A stretch of DNA of 64,000 bases, from the NCBI RefSeq assembly GCF_009914755.1, contig NC_060926.1. One strand, 5' to 3'. The notes beneath the pieces are model-generated. The model saw only the letters and a program-made list of their open reading frames with translations, did no database searches and had not been told where the DNA came from. This document shows, in pieces, positions 61,720 to 64,000 of the stretch; position 1 is the stretch's first letter, and each line of letters begins with the position of its first letter. Position numbers and translations under genes: made by a program. The stretch comes from the human T2T-CHM13v2.0 reference genome, Homo sapiens.

Positions 61720-62024
61720 TTCTTTTGTTCTCTCTTCTTTGAGACAGGGTCTGGCTCTATTGCCCAGGCTTGAGTGCAGTGATGCAATCACAGCTCACTG
61801 CAGCCTTAACCTCCGAGGCTCAAGCAATCCTCCTGCCTCAGCCTCCAAGTGAGTAGCCAGGACTACAGGCGTATACCACCATGTGCAGCTAATTTTTGTA
61901 TTTTTTGTAGAGACGGGTCTCGCCATTTTGCCCAGGCTGGTCTCTAAATCCCGAGCTCAAGAGATCCATCCGCCTCAGCCTCCCAAAGTGCTGGGATTAC
62001 AAGCGTGAGCCACTGCACCCAGCC
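61720..62024 (-). mobile_element. Alu (AluJ-like)
   Basis: gagacagggtct...cacagctcactgcagcc; TSD actgtcctgttc. Confidence 0.92.
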
Positions 62025-62177
62025 AACTGTCCTGTTCTCAACAACTAATGTAAACCCTGCAGCACAGATTCCGAGGCCGGTTTCGCTTGAGGCGGTCACA
62101 CGGCAAGGGCACCTGCTGGCAGGGTCCCTGGGCCCTCAGCACAGAGCCTCTCTCTAGGAGCTACCAGCCGGAGAATA

Positions 62178-62745
62178 CAGTCCCTCCGCATTATTTGCAG
62201 ATTCCAAATTTGTGACTTCACCTCGAAAATCAGTACTTGGAGCACCTCCGCCATTATCTGCGGACAGGCGCAGAATGGGGAAAAATCGGAGTCACCTGAT
62301 ACCCAGGTCCACAGCTGAGCTGGTAAAGCTGACAACGGCCCTCTTGTTTCCACTCTCCTGCCGTAAACAGGGTCTTTTTCAAGGTCTATTTAGGGCCACG
62401 CATTTCACACTTTTTGTGCTTTTGTTGGTGATTTTGCTATTTAAAACGGCCCCAAAGCACAGTGTTGCCGTTCTGGCTGTGCTGCCCTCACGAGGAACAG
62501 GTGTGGTGGAGAAGCTCCACTCAGGAATGGGGGACAGTGTTCCCGGCCACAGCTCGTTAACAATGTCAGTGAATCAACAATGTACAGAAACAAAGTGTCC
62601 TTCAACAGGAATGCACGCGAAACAGGAGGATTTGAAAAAACTTTTGTGGCCACAGATATAGCCCTGCGAGTCCTCTAGAAGCGAGACAGGCCGAGCCCTC
62701 TTTTATTCAGCATTCTGGGGCTCTGCAGAACAGGACCACCATGGC
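62178..62745 (+). mobile_element. MER82-like TcMar-Tigger element
   Basis: cattatttgcagattcc...ggtctatttagggccacg...tttgtgcttttgttggtgattttgctatttaaaacggcccc. Confidence 0.7.
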
Positions 62746-63344
62746 TAACCAGGCTCCGCCCCGGGGAACAGCAGGCAGGGCGCTGGGCTGGCTGCTCTGT
62801 GAGCTCCTCCCAGTGCGGGCCCGGTGTGACTATGGGTCTGGTAAGAACAGCTGACTGTGAGGCAGAGACCAAACAAGACACAGACAAGCCACACGGTGCG
62901 AACTGTCAGAACCTGGGATAAAGACAGAGCTGGCAAATAAACATACATGACAGGCACAAACGCTAGATGGTTTGGCTCTCAGGGCATACCGAAAATCAAA
63001 CCATTTGCAGAAAAAACAAATTGTAAGAATCAAAATGCAGTCACTCAGCAAAGAAACATGAGCACTTACACAGGCTGTATTTCCACCATCCCGGGGTCAG
63101 AGACGGTGCCTTCAGCCCCTGACCCTCCCTTCAGCCCTCCCTCCTGACCCATTACAGGCTCCCCAACGAAGGTGCATTCTATATTAGTCCTGTAGTAAGT
63201 CAGTCACCACTGCTCAGCTACAGAGAACATCCATCCGCAGGATAATATGAACAGGGGCCAGGAAGAAAACACAACAGGGAAAGCCCACCGTAGGCCAACC
63301 ACCATCCCTGGTGCAGATCAAAACCTCCCAGAATGTTCCTACAG

Positions 63345-63511
63345 CAGGGTGGGGGAGGGGGGTGAGGGATAAAAGTCTACACGTTGGATACAGTGTACAC
63401 CACTCGGGTGATGGGTGCACCCAAATCTCAGAATTCACCACTAAAGAACTTATTCATGTAACCAAACACCACCTGTTCCCCAAAAATCTACTGAAATTTT
63501 TTTTAAAAAAA
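63345..63511 (+). mobile_element. Old primate L1 3' end fragment (L1PA15/16 or L1PB-like)
   Basis: cactcgggtgatgggtgcacccaaatctcagaattcaccactaaagaacttattcatgtaaccaaacaccacctgttcccc. Confidence 0.85.
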
Positions 63512-64000
63512 GATTTCTCTAGAAATGTGCCGTAAAAACAATCTAGACAGACACACACAAAAATGCATGCAATCACATTTTGGAAATATTGTTTGCAGGA
63601 GCAGAAAAGTAGAAACAAAGAAATGACCCATAATAAAAATTCTGTTAGGCAGATTTGGTCATTTCAAACAAATACTGTGTGGTCATTAACAATGATGATG
63701 GAGGCCTCTAATTATTGAACAGACACACAATCATAATATATTCCCAGATTTTAAAACCATACAAAGTGCATTATAGAGCAGAACATGTATCATGACCCAA
63801 TTTTTGAAAATAGATACATGACAGATAAATATTAACAGGTAGACAAATACTGCTACGTACTACACACGCCTGAATGCTTCTGTGTGTGTGCATCTGAGAA
63901 CAAAGCCCAGCTAATGTTTCTCCTGAATGACAGCAATGTGAGTAATTTGTTTCATTTTGTTCCTGTTTATTTTTAAATTTTTCTAACATGAACATGTGTA

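Overview
Human-type (primate) genomic DNA lying entirely inside the peroxidasin gene PXDN on the minus strand (in human, 2p25.3). Nine coding exons can be read with canonical GT-AG sites. Exons 2-6 are five 72-bp LRR exons, exon 7 is the LRR C-terminal cap, exons 8-9 are Ig domain 1, and the window ends 70 bp into exon 10. Exon 1 lies beyond the right edge, so 27037-64000 is intron 1. Exon numbering and repeat subfamily names come from my recall of PXDN and repeat consensus sequences, not from a search. The rest is Alu, L1, LTR and DNA-transposon relics plus about nine tandem arrays. Almost all ORFs in the supplied track are spurious. The most notable structures are: (1) a TSD-bounded, 5'-inverted (twin-primed) L1PA3-like insertion carrying about 1.2 kb of 3'-transduced foreign DNA (58089-60634); (2) a minisatellite with eight perfect GLI sites, GACCACCCA (51409-51834); (3) a roughly 80-unit CAGGTG/G-run VNTR that grew inside a sense-oriented MER4A1-like LTR; (4) a complex templated insertion in an MLT2 LTR that creates a long inverted repeat (53348-54694). 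I found no RNA genes, CRISPR arrays or new protein-coding system. All regulatory interpretations are hypotheses.
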